The position numbers and the translations under genes were made by a program. Positions 30,441 through 43,849 of a stretch of 64,000 nucleotides of DNA are shown piece after piece. The notes under the pieces were generated by a model. The model saw only the letters and a list, made by a program, of their open reading frames with translations, searched no databases and was not told the origin of the DNA. Within the stretch, counting starts at the first letter, position 1; the number at the start of each line of letters is the position of its first letter. This DNA comes from Macrostomum lignano. Lineage: Eukaryota. The stretch covers positions 1 through 64,000 of the forward strand of contig NIVC01000313.1 of NCBI GenBank assembly GCA_002269645.1. Direction: 5' to 3'.

Positions 30441-32574
30441 AAACAAAAACAAAAACAAACACAAAAAACAGCTTGCAAGAAGATTTTGGACAAAACCTAA
30501 TGGTTTGGTCTGTCACTTGATGATCTGCCACTATCTGTCACTGTGACTTGATAATGTTCTGTCACTTGAAAAAAAGTTTAAAATAATGACAAGACCGATT
30601 TAACATGAAAAATCGATTAATGCGTCGTTAGAGCAGCATGTGAGGCACAAAATATTGTGATTAGAACTTTCTCTGACACTTAAGAGACCCGATCACTGTT
30701 TTAGTGTTGAAAATCGTGAAATTTCCTATCTCCGTAGTGTATTATTTTGGTGAAACCTGCCTTTAAAACTATTTCTGAACAAAAAGCTTTATGAATATCG
30801 ATAGAGCTATAAGAAAGGCAGGCACAACATATCAAAAGATTAATACTGGATCTGCCTCCTCTCAAAAGCAATAACAATTTTTGTGCTGAAAAAATTAAAA
30901 CCTGCATTCTCTGTAGTCTTTTTTTTCGGCGAAAAGTTGCCTTCAAAACATTTACCATAGATTTCGAGTGTTGCGTCCTACTACTTAAGTTGTCCTTGCA
31001 CGGGTACACCGTGTTAACTTACTGTTCGAGCGAATCCCTCGAGCGGCTTCTAGCTCTTGCTACTAAAAAAAGAGGACGATCTGAACCACCAACTAAAACA
31101 ACGCCGCTTCCTCAAACAACAAAGCTCGTCGCGACGCTGCAGATTTTTGCAGACAAACTGGTAAAAGTTTTCGAACTTTTTATCGTCTGTTTGATAGAAG
31201 ATTGATACAAGATTGAAGCTGACACGCACAGCACGCACGCCGTCACTGGGTGCTCAAAGATTAAGAACACCGAGACGAGACCAATTATGGGTCTAGCTAT
31301 TGCTGCAGCAAAATTCGGTTCAGCTGACAGCTGACAAGTGTCAATAAGCTTGATAAAGCCAAAATCTTTGAATAGGAGAAAAATGGAGGCTACAAGCAAC
31401 TTAAAACCAATTAAGCCCCGGATATTAACAGCACACTGTGGAAATCTAGAATACTTCAAGCGTTGCTCACAGTTGCCGCCGTCCACCTGCAATCGAGTCC
31501 ATTATAGTTTTCCAAAAATCGTCCAATCCTGCGCGGACTGCGCCACTGGCATGTTTCTCTACGAAGTGTTAATGTTTTACAAAAAACAAACCATTATTTT
31601 TTTTACCACATTTAATATATTATTATTAAAAATTTTTGGGCCCATACCAGGGTATCAGTGTATATTTCTGGGAGCCGAAATTTAATCTTCAATGGAAATA
31701 CTGAAAGTTCAACCCACCCGTTAGCCGCATGGCCATGGTATATGACAGTATTCACTCAGGTTTGATTCACGTCACCCAGAAAACTAAACTATGGGCAAAT
31801 AATTTTAACACGTAAAAAATCAGCTCAGTTGTTCAAACTTTTCAATTGCTAAGAAACTCGAAATTGAGGCTTAGCCTTAAATAAGGCTTTGGATTAGTTA
31901 GTAATGGAAAATATTTTACCGAAGCAATATTCACACGAACTGCACGAATCAGAAAATCATCGCTTGGAAATTGCCAGGAGATTTCGGACAAAACTTAATG
32001 GAAAATATTTTCAAGTTAGAAAGTTATTTTCAGACGAGTTTCAATGCACTCTTATTTTTGATGGATGCCAAAAAGCAGTAAAATTTGCCTGCCGACGAAT
32101 TGTTTTAAATTTAAGTTTACAAGCCATAAAAATGCAAAAAATATCAATGAATAAAATGCGAAGAATTCTTCAGTAACTTAGATTGAAAGTTTTTATTTTA
32201 AATTCTACAAATCATAAAAAGTAAACTTGAACTTTTAAAATTTAAAAGTAAAAAGTAAAAATTTAAATTTACCATTTCATTTTTAAGCACTCAATCGGCG
32301 CATTGAAAAAAACCATAAAAATTCGATTCGATTTGAAGAAAATGAATTTCTCACCTCCCATTCTTTTGATTGAAACATGAATAATCTCGAAAACTTTCAA
32401 ATCGATAGATTTGTTAATTTAAACAAAATTTGCACTTCAAAATTGATGAAATTCATAATTAAATTACATGAGCACACTAGATACATTTTAATCATTGATA
32501 CTAAACATCCGTACTTTCAAACACAAATATTTGACTTAATACATTATTTTCCGAATACATTTTAAACTAGAACA

Positions 32575-32850
32575 ACCTGCACACAAGGCAGACACATGCG
32601 AAAAAACCTGCACACATGACATACACCCACCGAAACACCTGCACACATGGTAGAAGTAAGGTACCTTCTGCGTCCAAATTAGTTCTCTGCGCTGCTAGGC
32701 TGGAAGGCCGGGGAGTATAGTCCGGTCGCTAGCGGTCAGAGCGGTCGCTAGCGGTCGGTGGTCACAAAAATCGCTTCTGAGCCACCAGAAGGTGTCGAGC
32801 CTGGAGGAATCTTTTTTGGCATCCTGCCTGGTCAGGTGGAGCGGCCGGAT
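32575..32850 (+). repeat. Dispersed repeat matching 13090-13200 joined to 19545-19680
   Basis: Shared strings GGTACCTTCTGC, TTCTCTGCGCTGCTAGGCTGGAAGGCCGGGGAGTA and GGAATCTTTTTTGGCATCCTGCCTGGTCAGGTGGAGCGGCC. Confidence 0.8.
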
Positions 32851-33229
32851 AGTTTTCCTACGATTTTGCGGGCCACAAGGCCCTCGAAATCGCCAGTGTC
32901 TGTCTGTGATTTTAGTCTATGGCATTTTTTATCAAGTGAAGAAATACATTGGGACAAATTTTTGATTAAATACACATTTGATCTTTGTTCTTTTTGCATT
33001 TTTGTATTGTTTGTCAAGTGAGCTACTCTCTCCGAATGCTACTTTGATAGTTATCGTCGCTGCCCGGACGCAACTGTCCCCTTTCTTCGGAAGTTTGAGC
33101 GCTACACCACCGCCTTTGGCAAGTGCCGTCGGACGGACGGTCAGTTCATTCAACATTAAATTTAGCTGCAGCCTGAGCACCCTGGGCTCCTTGGCCACTC
33201 CCTGTGAGCCACACCATGTAAGTAATTCC

Positions 33230-33610
33230 CCTTGAGCTTTGACATCTCAAAATTTCCCTTATAAGCCACAACATTTCAGGAATTCCCTCATAAATCTCGT
33301 GACGTCTTAAAATTCCTCATGTGCTCTGACAACTTAACGATTCCCCATGAGTGTCTTGATACTTTGGAAATTCCCTATGAGCCTTGAGATACGAAATTTC
33401 AGCAATTTCCTGCCTAAGCCATGGACTTTCTCTTCCTAGCTCGTAATGAGCCTTTACATCTTAGCAATTCCCTATAAGCCTTGATATCGTAGCTATATTG
33501 CCTCCGTGAGCATTGAGAACTTGACAATGCCTCCACCAATGAGTCGCTTATGGCTGACAGGGCGATTACGTTATGGTTGAACCCTAACCCCAAACTTGAA
33601 CTTCATCCTA
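33230..33610. repeat. Degenerate GCCTTGACATCTCAG-AATTCCC satellite with a CCCTAA motif
   Basis: Same motif family as 42100-42850 and 45020-46600. Confidence 0.6.
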
Positions 33611-34399
33611 GCTTTCAGCTGCATCAATACACATGTTAATTATTTTATGTTTGACAGAGCGATTATTTTATGATTGGCATGGATGGCTGAGAATCGCTAT
33701 AATTATTCAAGTTATTTTACTTCTTTTTGATAAATCTGCATCAGTTTAAAAATTCTTTTGACTGGCTGGCCACGTCTTCCGAGCGGAAGCTCACTGCCCT
33801 GAGCGGCTGCACGAGGTGCTGCTGCCCAAGCTGCACAGACCGCGCAGGGCGAATAGCGAGAAATTCTGACAGGCTTTTGACCGATGCTGGCGCCCCGGAT
33901 CAAGCTGGGGGTGAGTTCCAACATGAAGTCGGCTAAAGTAAAAGTCTCAGGAAGCAGTTCTGACAGTCTTTATTAAGCTTAACTACGTCGTATATGATAA
34001 GACAATTGAATTATAAAATCCAAGTTGCAAATCAGTTAGTCTACTGACTGACTAAGGCGCTGCCTTAGTATGCAGTATTCATTATATTCCAATCAGAATA
34101 TCCCACCCATAGATCTTATATTCTTATGATCTTTGATCCCACCAATTCATTCATAGTGAAAACTCTGCTTAAACATTGCAAAAAAAGCATGTTTTTCCAA
34201 AAATGCGAGTAAAATCGTTCACATCGTCATAAAATAAGGCCAAATTTCGGTGATTACACAACATTACACAACAAATTTTGTTGTGATTACACAACAAAAG
34301 CAAGCCATCATGGCCCAGCTCGGACGAGCACTTGGCACTTCTTGGGGTATTTCCCCAAAGCAACTTTGGTGAAGCTACACTTCCGTAGTTAGACCTGCC

Positions 34400-35200
34400 A
34401 TTACGTACGCCTCGGTTGTCTGGGTTAGCGCTACCCAGGTCAAGTCATGCAGTTTTGGTCAACACGATCCAGGGCAGAGTGTGTAGGCTCATCTGCAACG
34501 CCACCAGGTCCACGCCCTTTGCCGGCATGGGGCCTTCCTTAATCTACCGCCTCTCGACCTCTTCGTCAGGGTTGAGGCGGCTAGAACGACGCGGCGTCCA
34601 TTGCCGGCGTCAAATTCCCCTACATGAGGGCACCTGCTAAGCGGAACTTCGTCCCGCATAGCGACCTGTGCCTCAAGATTCTCAACGAGTGTCAGGCCAA
34701 TCGCGTCTTCACCGATGGCAAATTATTGCCATTTCACGGTTTTCACGGCCATTTTGGCAAGACCGTTAAACTGCGGTGAATACAAAGGGGTCTCCATCTC
34801 TTGCACTCCATTGACTTCAAGCCAGGAAAGCAGAGGCGGGAGTAAACTCTGCTTCTTTGTCAGACCTAATCAAGTAAAGAAAGTACACAAGCAGTTTTAT
34901 GACTTCATTATACAGGATCGAGGAAGCCTCAATCCAGCCCGAGTATGTGCCCAAAACGATGAGGATATTTCCCGCGTCGGATATAAAATCCCAATCTATG
35001 TGAAGACGTTAGAACGGAAAAGCTCGTAGGTGGCCAAACGTATCTTGAATTTTGTAGGCGAGGTCGCAGCCGAGTATAAAGGAGACATTGGTGCACAAAT
35101 TTCTTGACATGGCGTTGCATTCCAGGCCACCAACAGGTCTGAACCAAAAGCCAAAGCGGTGGCATCCGAGTGTGTCATGGGCTGCTTAAAAAAGTCTCTC
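34400..35200 (-). mobile_element. Degenerate Gypsy integrase fragment
   Basis: CWWPGMQRHVKKFVHQC integrase zinc-binding region; the rest is heavily decayed. Confidence 0.5.
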
Positions 35201-36356
35201 TACGAAGCCTCGGCGGTGCATGTTAAACAAGCATTCTGAGACTTTTTTAAAGCCGATTCCGCTTGCGATCAGTTGTGGCTATCATTAGACAAGACGCGAC
35301 GGACGATTCTGGTCTGGTCTGGCTATTTTGGTCTGCTACTTTGTCGAGACTAGGAAGCAGTAAATGAAATGACTGCACATTTATTCAATTAGACTGCAAT
35401 GAAATATTGGATGTAGCCTTTATTCTAATGTATTTTCGCCGTTTCCAGATGTAGATATAGAGTCAAAACACTGCATCATGTTAAAAAACAAAATTTTGAG
35501 CAACCTGGCGAAAAAAGTATCAATTTAAGCGCAATTAACCCGAAGTTAGAAGCTTTTAAATTTCATCTGCAATGCAAACAAGCGTGCCTTCAAAAAATTG
35601 TCATAGATTTCGAGCGTTGCGTCCTTCTACATGTACTTAAGTAGTCTTTGGAGATTATCAAAGGATTTTTAAACTATCTGACGCACTCTGCTTTATCTGG
35701 CTGCGTATTTTATTGTTGTTGTTTTTGTTGTTTGGGACTATCGAAACAATGAAATAGCCAAAGAAAAGATGGCAGAAGGCATACTGATTTACAGAAACAC
35801 TCCCATCTACGATAGACGTATTCTCTCCATCATGCTGTATTGACACCCGGCCAAAGATTCCCTCCCTACTTATCGACAAAACCTTAACCCTGAGTGGCAC
35901 AGCACAATTCAAAAGATGGAGCAGCCCGCATCTGAGATTGACAAGACGGTGATGCAGCATCACGACCAAGAAGAGGTTATGGCCGAGTTTATATACATGG
36001 CCAGTTCGGTTTCAATACAGCCGACTGTAGCAGTTGAAAGTTCAGTTTGTCGGGTTAATGAGGATCAATGACCTGAAAGGAGAGATGGTCTAGATGATGA
36101 GTTATCTTATATATATCTATGACCCCGACCTAAAGCCTACGTGCTAAGAGACAGGGCAGACAAATTTACAGTAACAAAATATTGGCTCGTTATCAGAGCA
36201 GCCCACATATGTACGTGTACACTCCTAGATATAACACTCTGCATCAGCAGAGTTTGTCAGAGAAATTGTATCATCGGGAAACATAAAGGCTGAGATTGCA
36301 GGAAATCAGTTTATTTATTGGCTCACACAATATGAATGCTGTTTGGGGTTATTAGA

Positions 36357-39099
36357 TTATTCTGAGAAAAATATTTCAAACGCGAGCATTCCGATTTCTC
36401 CACCGCACTTTTCTTTTCTGTTGCCGGGACAGTTCAAGTTGCAGTATCGCTTATTAGTTAAATAGTCCTCCTTAACGATCTCGTTGCCACAGTAACATTT
36501 TGTGCCATTAAGAAGTCCGAAAAAGCTAGCAGTATATTGCTTGTTGCAAATTCTGGCACAGAATCTCTGATTCATGCTCACATCAGTGGCAGCCTGGGTG
36601 ACTAGGATGTTGTTGGAGCCGTCGTCGACGAAGCAACCCACCATTGGTGCTGAAAATGTTAATTAGTTTAGGTTGCAAAAGACCAGTGTAGCTAGTGACT
36701 TTGTGGGGATGGGTGCATTAAGAAATGTTGCTAAGGAGAGAGGGTGCTGTAGGAAACGATGCTTAGGAGAGGGTGCTGCAGGAGAGGGTGCTGTAGGATA
36801 GGGTGCTGTAGGAGAGGATGCTGTAGGAGAGGGTGCTGTAGTAGAGTGATGCTGTAGTGGAGTGATGCTGTAGTGGAGTGATGCTGTAGTGGAGTGATGC
36901 TGTAGTGGAGTGATGCTGTAGTGGAGTGATGCTGTAGTGGAGTGATGCTGTAGTGGAGTGATGCTGTAGTGGAGTGATGCTGTAGTGGAGTGATGCTGTA
37001 GTGGAGTTGTGTTTCAACAATAGCACGCGACGCACCAGGTATCATCAAGCTGGCAGTCCTAACTCCCTTGTAAATTTGCACATAACCCTTTCCGCCGCAT
37101 GTTTCGGCGGAGCTGCCGGTGCAGATCGTTTTGCAAAAGGATGGTAAAAGTTTGGGTGCCTTAATCCAGTTGCCGCACCAGCACTCTGAGCCCCTTTGTA
37201 GTCCGAAGTAAGCGTAGTCATTCAAGGCGCATTGCTCAGCGCAGACGTCCGCAGTCATTTTGGATGAGTTGTCAACTTTGTCCTTTAATGGCGCTACTTG
37301 TGCGTATGGGGCTTCTGGGAAGCAGCCTTGGTACTGATCTGAAACAGAAGTAAATAACAAAAAGTGATAGTCTATGTGGCAAGCCTTTTACTTCAGTATC
37401 GTCAGAACTAGACCCCAGAATATACATGACAATAATGCACTGGCGCACAGGGCATCCTCAATCAGCGAACTCAAAGACCAGTTGCACCTGCGTACTCTTC
37501 GGTAGCCTTTGAGATCCCCTGATAGAACCCAATTGAACGTGTGTGTGAATTCATCAAGCAGAGTATTCAACGGCAGAATCCGCCGCAGACAGTCGCTAAA
37601 CTGCGAAAAGCTTTTGTTGTTGCGTGGTAGGAAATCCACACGATTTTTTCGACGCCTTGTTCTGGAAATGCTCGTCGAGTCAACGGCCATGTTACTTGCG
37701 ATAGCAGGCTACACATGTCTCTGAAGCTCGATATGAACCATAGAGTTATGTGTTTTGACTCTACTCTTAATTTTCTCTCTGATTTTTCTTCTTTTTAGAG
37801 TGCTTGAGTTTTAAATGTTGCCAGTGTACTTCTAGAGAGAAATGATACACTTACAGTTTGAGTTGGTCTTGACTGAAATTGTTTTCGAATTGATTTTATT
37901 GCGGACCGGATGTAGTTCAAATGGTGATATTTTGTTAAGTATAGCGCATTTTGGATAACGTATTTAGCACCATGTCAGTCAGCGGTGGAAGAATTATCAA
38001 ACTGCAGAATTAGAAGTGCGCTACACTCGCAACAAAAACATTCATTGAAAACTGGTTTCGGTTCAAAATACGCTAAGGAAATACGTATACACTGACCTTT
38101 TGCCGGAACCTTGCTTGTCCGTTTTATAGGCTTTTGGGCACATTAGACAAAACAAATGCTTGCTTTATTTGCAATCCACAAGCTCATAACGCGATATTTT
38201 GTAAATTTAAAGCTAAAAATAAAAAAGACTGGTTTTGCCTAAAGCATTGAGAGCGAAAACCAGTCTTTAGCTTCAGTTGACCAACCTAAAAATCTTTTTT
38301 AGGATTACTAGCAATTTTCGTCCCCAGTTGCAGAGGCAAGAAAAAGGAATTATGCATGCAGTTTTTACAGTCAATATTGTTAGTTTTTTAGCTATCTAGC
38401 CTAAAATATCAGCATTATCTTTAAGCTTTGTACTTAACGCCATTCATCACGCGTATCCCTATTAGCCAAAGTTTTTATCACTTCAGCCAAGAATACGTAT
38501 CCTCATCAGCTAACGAAGTTTATCCAAATTAACCGACAAAATTTAATGTGAAGATTAGCCCAAACTGCCTAATTATAAAAGCAATAATTTCGTTTTTTGA
38601 GTAAAACGACTGTCCTTAACTGAACTGAGTGAATTATTCAGAGTGAAGCAAAAGGATAAAGCTACACAAATTCAACACAGCTTTCCGTTGCACAAAGTCT
38701 CACGGATGCATTTTGGGCTAAATGTGCCAAAATAGTTATTTAGCTTGTACGAGCGTATGTTTAATCCTATGTGGACTCATGGCAGTTAATTACTCGTAGT
38801 TAAATGTAGAATTGTCAGCATCTGTAATCTTAAGGCACGATCTCTTTCCTCAAGTTGACCGTAGCGAAAACAAGACAGAAATGAAACTACGAACTACGAG
38901 CGTATGTATCCATTTTGGCTTCTGTGGTGCAGTTTATGTATTTTATTCACGAGTGATTGTATTTAATTGTAGTTTTCCTGTGCATATGAATTAAAACAAC
39001 AGTTGGTAACTTACGGGACTCGACGTGTGTAAAGAAGTTGGCCAAGATGGCAGCGCTTATCAGCAAGACAGCAGTGCCCGTTGCTAAGGACCTCTGCAT
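36357..39099 (-). CDS. Secreted two-WSC-domain protein, divergent paralog C
   Basis: Exons 39099-39015 (MQRSLATGTAVLLISAAILANFFTHVES), 37872-37855 (18-nt microexon), 37338-37036 (WSC1) and 36649-36357 (WSC2, stop). All phase-1 GT-AG joins are in frame. Confidence 0.8.
36735..37007. repeat. Intronic tandem repeats: 15-nt GGAGAGGGTGCTGTA and 16-nt GTAGTGGAGTGATGCT (about 10 copies)
   Basis: Directly visible; lies between the donor at 37035 and the acceptor at 36650. Confidence 0.9.
37395..37724 (+). mobile_element. Tc1/mariner transposase C-terminal remnant in an intron of paralog C
   Basis: DNNALAH...RSPD-(frameshift)-NPIERVCEFIKQSI...AGYT matches the DDE motifs DNAxxH and SPDLNPIE. Confidence 0.65.
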
Positions 39100-40278
39100 C
39101 GCTTGTTTGTCTGTTTATTAAAAAAAAAAGTTATTGCTGGTTAAAACAGACTTGAAGATTTTTCATATCGAATGGTTCAAGCTTTTCAGGTAGTTTGTAT
39201 TGAGTTTTTTTAGCAACAATGGAATGTGAATTTAAAGAAAAATTAACATTCTTTTCACTGAAAAAACTTCGATCTCGATTTAGTCACCAGTTTAACCGGA
39301 ACATTCAGTTTGTTGAATGATACATTCTTGAGTTTAATACATGCAATAAATTACGATAAGTATTTTTTAATACGAAAGCAATGTCTCAAATAACTATAAT
39401 TGCAAAATTCACGAGTTGATAAGATCAAATACAAGTTGCTGGGTGAATTCTTCCTTCTAAAATGCAAGACCGTTTTTGCTAGGCAAATTTCTGAGGGTAA
39501 ACATTCGATCTAGTCAGTTGAACACAATGATTTTAGTGCTACACCATGGATTGACACCTGTGTTTTTCCATTCTCTGCAACTGTTAGGGGGGCTTTTTCG
39601 TAACGGAAGCGGTTTTACCTCTTAAAACCGCTTCTCGTGATGCGCAAGCAACAGGAGACGCGACCCAGAAAAATAAAGGCATGCAGTCAGGGTTCAAGTT
39701 TCCAGTCGGTCGCAAATTAAGAACTTATATACGAATAATAATAACTAACCTCAGCCTTCGCTGTTCATTTTTTTCATATGGAAACAAACTCTTATTTTGA
39801 ATAGTATATTTTGTGGTTTCGTCTTAGTATATTATATAAGTATATTAACGCAAGTCTTTATTGTATCCTATCTTGTCCTGCCCTAAAACAGTATATATCA
39901 CTAAGTCATGGTAGTGCTCCGCCTCACCCTTGATCCACCGGGTCAGTAGAAGCGATTTAAAGCAATGTTACAGCTGTGCTCTCTGTTAAAGGACTTTGGT
40001 CGTGGCACTCTTTTCAGCTCAAAAGACCGCTCGAAAGCTGACGAGTGCGCTGAGCTGCTCCGAGTGCGCTGAGTCTAGCTGCTGTTCTACCCAGGCCGCC
40101 AGCGCCCACGCCTCGACTGTCTCGACAGATAGCAGGACTGTCTCGAGCACCGCCTGCCACAGCCTTCTGGTGGTCAGGCAGCGCTTCGGACTGAAGAATG
40201 GCCCTGATGGATCTGTATGCCTCCAAGGTGAGTCATCATCTGCTACTGGATGTTCCTCCTCTATGTGGACACCACCAG

Positions 40279-41340
40279 ACTTGACTTACTTGACTTAGCT
40301 GCAGGGCTGTCCTGGAGGGGACACAGCGGAAAGGCGCGGACGCCCATTCCGCAAATCCCTGAACGGTATCGCTATGGACGAAGGGTTGGCGCCGCCCAGG
40401 GAGGTCCCCCAGTGTCGCCAGCAGCTATGGTGCTCTCTGGAAAGGAGAGTTCAGCCCTGCGGGTGGCCCGGAGGTAGCGCATGAGCTGGTTAAAGTTTTC
40501 GGGTTTGCACGCTTCAGTAATAGATGTGTGTGGCCCGAGGTAAGTGAGTCTGGCCCGCGTAAAGGCGGGACAGATGCTGACGAAATGCTCAGCGGTTTCA
40601 TCACCTGAGCTGCAGAAACTGCAGATGGCGTTGGTGGCGTTGCCTTGCCGGTACTGGTGCCTGAAGAAGCAGCCGTGATCTGAGAGGATCATGATGGCAG
40701 CCCGGATGTCTCTTCGCGAGAGGCGCGAGAGGAGTTTCCGGAGCTGGTGAGAGGGCTGAGGGACAGCCCCTCTGGATTGCCTGCAGGTAGTGCAGTTCGC
40801 CCAGGCAGAGCGATGCTGGGTCCTGATCCACGCTTTGATGCGCGAGTCGATGACACAGCCGGGAATCGGGACAAGGGGTTAGTTCGGGCCCGAGGGAGGA
40901 GCCGGAGGCACGAAAATTTTCAAGGGCGTCAGCCAACTCATTCCCTCGGATCCCCACATGTCCCGGAACCCACTTAAGGATAATTTTGTTGGTGGAACCC
41001 AATATTTTGAAGAGTTTGATACAGTCGAGGACTGTAGCAGAATTGGTACTACAGCCACTGATGGCGTGCAAGGCAGCTTGGCTTTCCGAATGGAAAATGA
41101 TGTTCTTACCGGATACGCAAGTGGTGAGAAGCTCTGCAATGCAGGAGCTGATGGCGAGAACTTCATTTTGGAAGACACTGGAGTTGACCCCAGTGTACTG
41201 AGCGTGGGTTGCGATGACCCACCCGTTCAGGAAGATTCCAACACCAAAACCGGTGTTGGCTGACTGCTTAAAACCGTCGGTGTAGCAATGAAGCTCACCA
41301 AGGTTCGAGTCGTCATTGATGGTATCGTGCGAGTCGATAG
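40279..41340 (-). mobile_element. 5'-truncated LOA/R1-like LINE (RNase H + CCHC)
   Basis: YTDG...SSVFQNEVLAI...HSESQAAL...WVPGHVGIRGNELAD...CSFCSSGDETAEHFVSICPAF, with an (AAGTC/TAAG) tail. Confidence 0.8.
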
Positions 41341-41869
41341 CTACGGAGTAGCTTTGTCTCAGGTTGAGCGTTGAGGCACTTCAGCTAGGCCTTGACCCAA
41401 CGCTGGGCTCACTTCACGTTTATTGCTTTTTGAAGAAGGCTGTTCGCGGGCGACAATCTCATGCTGACAGGAAAAAATCAACTGGGCCCAAAGATATAAT
41501 CGACCCCAACGTTTTCTAGTCCAACGAAGAGACCTCGAGAAGAATCGCAAGGGTCCCACAAATTACCTGGCTGATATCAGCCGTAGGAAAAATGAGCACA
41601 AAACTGATAGCTAAGCCAAAATTTTGATACCGACAGACACTTTAAAAAACATCACAAAGTTATTTCCATACGATAGAGGGTGATCTTTCGCCTTTTTAAC
41701 CCTAACCAAAACCCTAAATTCAATATTTTGTCCATGAGTTTTTGCATGATCGATGCTTCTATGATTTTTGGCATGACGCTTCCATTGTTTTTGCATGACG
41801 CTTCCATTATTTTTGCATGATGCTTCCATGATAAACATTTTTAATAAGCTAAATGAGCCAAGTTATAAG

Positions 41870-42850
41870 CTACCCTAACCCTAACCCTAACCCGAATCTT
41901 AACGCAAAAACCCTGAACCTAACCCTAAACCTAAACCCTAATACCAACCCTAACACTAACCCTACAGCCTGATATCTGCATAAGTTTGTGAAGAGCTAGT
42001 AGTATTTTTTAGCTTAGTATCTTAGCGTTAGGGAGCCAAAATACAGTACAAGTTTTGTAATAAACTACATGTAGCATCTCTTTGCAATATACCTCAGAAG
42101 TCCCTTGTAAGCCTTGAAATGTCAGTAATTCCCCCACAAGCTTTAACAAATCAACTCCCCCTTGACATCTCAGCGATGCCCCAAATAAGCCTTGAAGTCT
42201 AAAAAAATCTGTCAACCTTCTAACCCTAACCCTAGCCTAACCCTAACCCTAACCCTAGCCTAACCCTAACCCTAACCCTAACCTAACCCTAAAGCATTGA
42301 AATTTCAGTAATTCTGAGTCATTATAGCACTACTACAGCATTATAGCGATTCCCTGCAAGCCTCGACATCGTAGGGATTCCCAAATGAATCTCTTAACTT
42401 CGACATGAAGCTTCTTTTATTTTTTACATTATGCTTTTTCTATCAGTGAGCCCTGAGGAGCCAACAAAAAATGTAATAAAAAGTTTTCATTAAACTACAT
42501 GTAGCTTCTGACTTTAGCCTTGAAATCTCATTTATACCCCCGTGAGCCTTGACATCTCAGCTATTCCCCCCGTAAGCCTTGACATGTCAGCGATGCCCCC
42601 ATAAATCTTGAAATCTAAAAAAATCCCCTGTTAACCTTGAAACCGCGATAAAATATAACCCTCAACCCACACCTGACCTAAACCTAACTTTAACCCAACC
42701 TAAAGCCTCGAAATCTCAGCAATTCTTCTCCCCTAAGCCTTGGCATCAGTGTATTCCTTCTTTAAGAATCACAGCACTATAATCGATTTCCACCAAGCTT
42801 TGACATTGTAGCAATTCCCAAATGAATCTTTTAACTTCGACATGACTTTT
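41870..42850. repeat. Telomere-like (CCCTAA)n tracts interleaved with GCCTTGACATCTCAG satellite units
   Basis: CCCTAA/CCTAA runs at about 41875-41960, 42222-42290 and 42660-42705. Confidence 0.8.
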
Positions 42851-43849
42851 CTTATATGTATACATAAGTGCTACTTTTATTTTTTACATGACTCTGCTTC
42901 TCAGCGCCCCCCCTGTGGCGAGCACAACAATGAAAATAAAAAAAGTACATGAACTTCAGTAGCTTTTGACTTTTGCTTGACATCTCACCATTTCGACCAT
43001 TGTCATGACGAGATTTGCACGACTCAGTAATTCTCATGCGCTTGACGTACATAGCTTCATTCATTTTTATATGACACGCTTCATGTACACACACTGGCAA
43101 ACTTTTTTTTACATGACGCTTCTGATTGTTCTTCCACGCTTAATTTTTACAACGCTTTCATTAGTTTTGATTTTTTACATGAGCCTTCTACATGAGTTCT
43201 GACGCTGACGATTTTACCATTGAGCTTCCTGATTAACTTGTTTGAATGCGCATTTCGCCATCGTCGCTGCATGGCAGTTCAGTTTCACCTCTGGCTTCTC
43301 ACTTTTGATAACATCAAATTTTGCACTTATATAATCAACACACCAAATCAGGTAGTCACACGAAGCAGTTATGACATAATCAAGTCTTCTCAGTCAGTCA
43401 CGTATCAGTTAACAATATGGTCGCAATTTAAATCAAGTCGGTGCTACGCTTCCACACTGCATTTTCAATTCAAGTCGGATTACAATTCAGTGATGATGCA
43501 ATCTATTTCAGAATCAGAATTCAACCAGTCAGTTTTTTTCTCTAGCATTCTTACAATGCATTTCAAGTCGAAAAGTTTGCTTGACCTTTGCAAAAAAGCA
43601 TGTTTTTCGAATATTTAATGCCTTTAGCATCGAGCAATTTCTTAGCCACGATGCATGTACAGTCACGGGAAAATTTCTGATCGAACAGTGCAAGTTCGAA
43701 CAAAATCGGTCCAGCCATTTTTTCTCTAATCGATTTCGTACAAACAAACAACTCATTTTTAGTATATAGGACTAGCCAATCCAACCCCCGTTGGGGCTTT
43801 CCGTCCAAACTCCAATCACAGTTTTCCCACGCAATAAAATTTCACCCCA

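Noticed and set aside
36731-37035. Mucin-like His/Ser/Thr tail on WSC paralog C
   Set aside because: The 16-nt unit cycles through all frames, and a donor at 37035 with an acceptor at 36650 splices it out in frame to the second WSC exon.
38097-38717. Additional 14-nt and 13-nt microexons in paralog C
   Set aside because: Each alone shifts the frame and the 13-nt candidate lacks a polypyrimidine tract. Together they are in frame, but this cannot be supported without RNA data.
41870-42290. True chromosome end
   Set aside because: The CCCTAA tracts are short, degenerate and internal.
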